This document shows positions 63,160 through 64,000 of a DNA stretch of 64,000 nucleotides, one piece after another. The translations under genes were made by a program, and so were the position numbers. A model generated the notes under the pieces. The model was not told the origin of the DNA and ran no database searches. It saw only the letters and a list, made by a program, of their open reading frames with translations. Position 1 is the stretch's first letter. Each line of letters opens with the position of its first letter. The DNA is taken from contig SHUM01000003.1 in assembly GCA_009691245.1 (NCBI GenBank), positions 3,099 to 67,098 of the forward strand, read 5' to 3'. This DNA is from Acidobacteriota bacterium (GTDB taxonomy: Bacteria; Acidobacteriota; Terriglobia; 2-12-FULL-54-10).

Positions 63160-63275
63160 GTAGTTCAGAACAAACGATTGCGAGCCAGTGGGCTTGGTGG
63201 ATCGGGAGGGACATAGGGCTGCTCTCCCTAGTCAATGCGGACCCGACCTGCCGAGTTCACTGGCTCTCTTTTTTT
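63160..63275 (+). ncRNA. Candidate sigma54-dependent small RNA
   Basis: Begins at the predicted +1. A 25-position stem (63182-63206 with 63242-63266) has five G-U pairs and one mismatch, encloses an inner hairpin and ends in a U tract. Confidence 0.6.
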
Positions 63276-63367
63276 CCCAAAAACAATTTTCCAATAGCCA
63301 TCCTGTAACTACGGGTTTCCCGCCCGCTCGGGATGACGACTCTGGGGTATGGCGCCGCAACGTTCCG

Positions 63368-63727
63368 TTACAGGTTTTTGATTCGGTTCTTGATTTTCTC
63401 GGCCAATTTTTCGATGGCCTCGGCCTTTTTCATCGCGCCTAATGACATTTCGTCTTCCGTGGTGGCGCGCAAAATGTCGCGCAACTCGGTGCTCATCTCC
63501 ACTAATTGCCGCGACTCCTTCTGCATCGCTTCGAAACTTTCCTTGAGCATGCGCCTGGCGAGCTTCTTGCGAGGATCGTTGGGATCCGTCTCGTCGTGGC
63601 GGGAATTGGTGGATGGGAGACGGGGGCTGTTCCGCTGGGCCTGACCCACCCAGGCGGCCCCCAGCAGTATCCCGATCACCAGTATCATGATTCGCATGAT
63701 GGCGTTTCGTAAACAGGTGTTCTTCAT
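63368..63727 (-). CDS. Secreted helical hypothetical protein
   Basis: GAGGAGG SD, signal peptide and coiled-coil C-terminus (MKKAEAIEKLAEKIK). Confidence 0.75.
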   Translation of the reverse strand: MKNTCLRNAIMRIMILVIGILLGAAWVGQAQRNSPRLPSTNSRHDETDPNDPRKKLARRMLKESFEAMQKESRQLVEMSTELRDILRATTEDEMSLGAMKKAEAIEKLAEKIKNRIKNL

Positions 63728-63915
63728 GATGCCCTCCTCTGCAGGGACAGTGCATCCGCGGCCCGAGTAGCGGCCTTCTGGCTCTCATCATACAAAATTA
63801 ATGGGCGGATGTTGGAGGATTATTCAGCGAGCAGGCAGGTCGCGCGAAGGACGAACCAGGCCGCGCTCGTGAGATTCTGCGACTGGGCATTCTTGGACCG
63901 GGAGTACGCCGACCC

Positions 63916-64000
63916 TTACTCGCGATAATGGAAACGCAGTTGAACTTTCTTGATTTGGATGATGTCGCCCTCATTCAACTCCTGCGGCGCGGTCAGCGCC
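63916..64000 (-). CDS. C-terminal end of a probable FHA-domain protein (partial)
   Basis: Minus strand reads ALTAPQELNEGDIIQIKKVQLRFHYRE*, matching the L..GD.I.I...L.F end of FHA domains. Confidence 0.6.
   Translation of the reverse strand, partial: ALTAPQELNEGDIIQIKKVQLRFHYRE

Noticed and set aside
63157..63216. 19-codon ORF MVVQNKRLRASGLGGSGGT in the sigma54 transcript
   Set aside because: The ATG lies about 3 nt upstream of the predicted +1, has no SD, and the frame is buried in the long stem. Leaderless translation cannot be fully excluded.

Overview
Chromosomal segment of a GC-rich diderm bacterium, most likely Acidobacteriota (inferred from a TIGR03437/Solibacter-type C-terminal domain protein, an Oar-like TonB receptor, CarD and several Acidobacteria-style hypothetical proteins). 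Housekeeping genes: purD (partial), pfkA, ddl, uvrA, uvrB, LysR-gltBD, cdaA-cdaR-glmM-acyP-apt, purU, rpsT, tRNA-His, and a cobalamin riboswitch in front of a BtuB-like receptor. No CRISPR array, rRNA, transposase or prophage was seen. Intergenic gaps contain at least six families of REP/MITE-like palindromes, and one copy sits in frame inside a methyltransferase gene. Three toxin-antitoxin loci appear to have lost or damaged their toxin, and two genes carry single in-frame stops. Strongest candidates for undescribed biology: (1) a complete sigma54 promoter (upstream palindrome, IHF-like site, consensus -24/-12) directly behind an NtrC-family activator, which would drive a ~115-nt rod-shaped RNA with no convincing ORF; (2) a HipA-like kinase, an acidic-basic histone-H1-like protein and a dual-specificity phosphatase side by side; (3) a stand-alone transcription unit for an 18-aa Lys-rich peptide. 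All calls come from reading the sequence; no database search was run.
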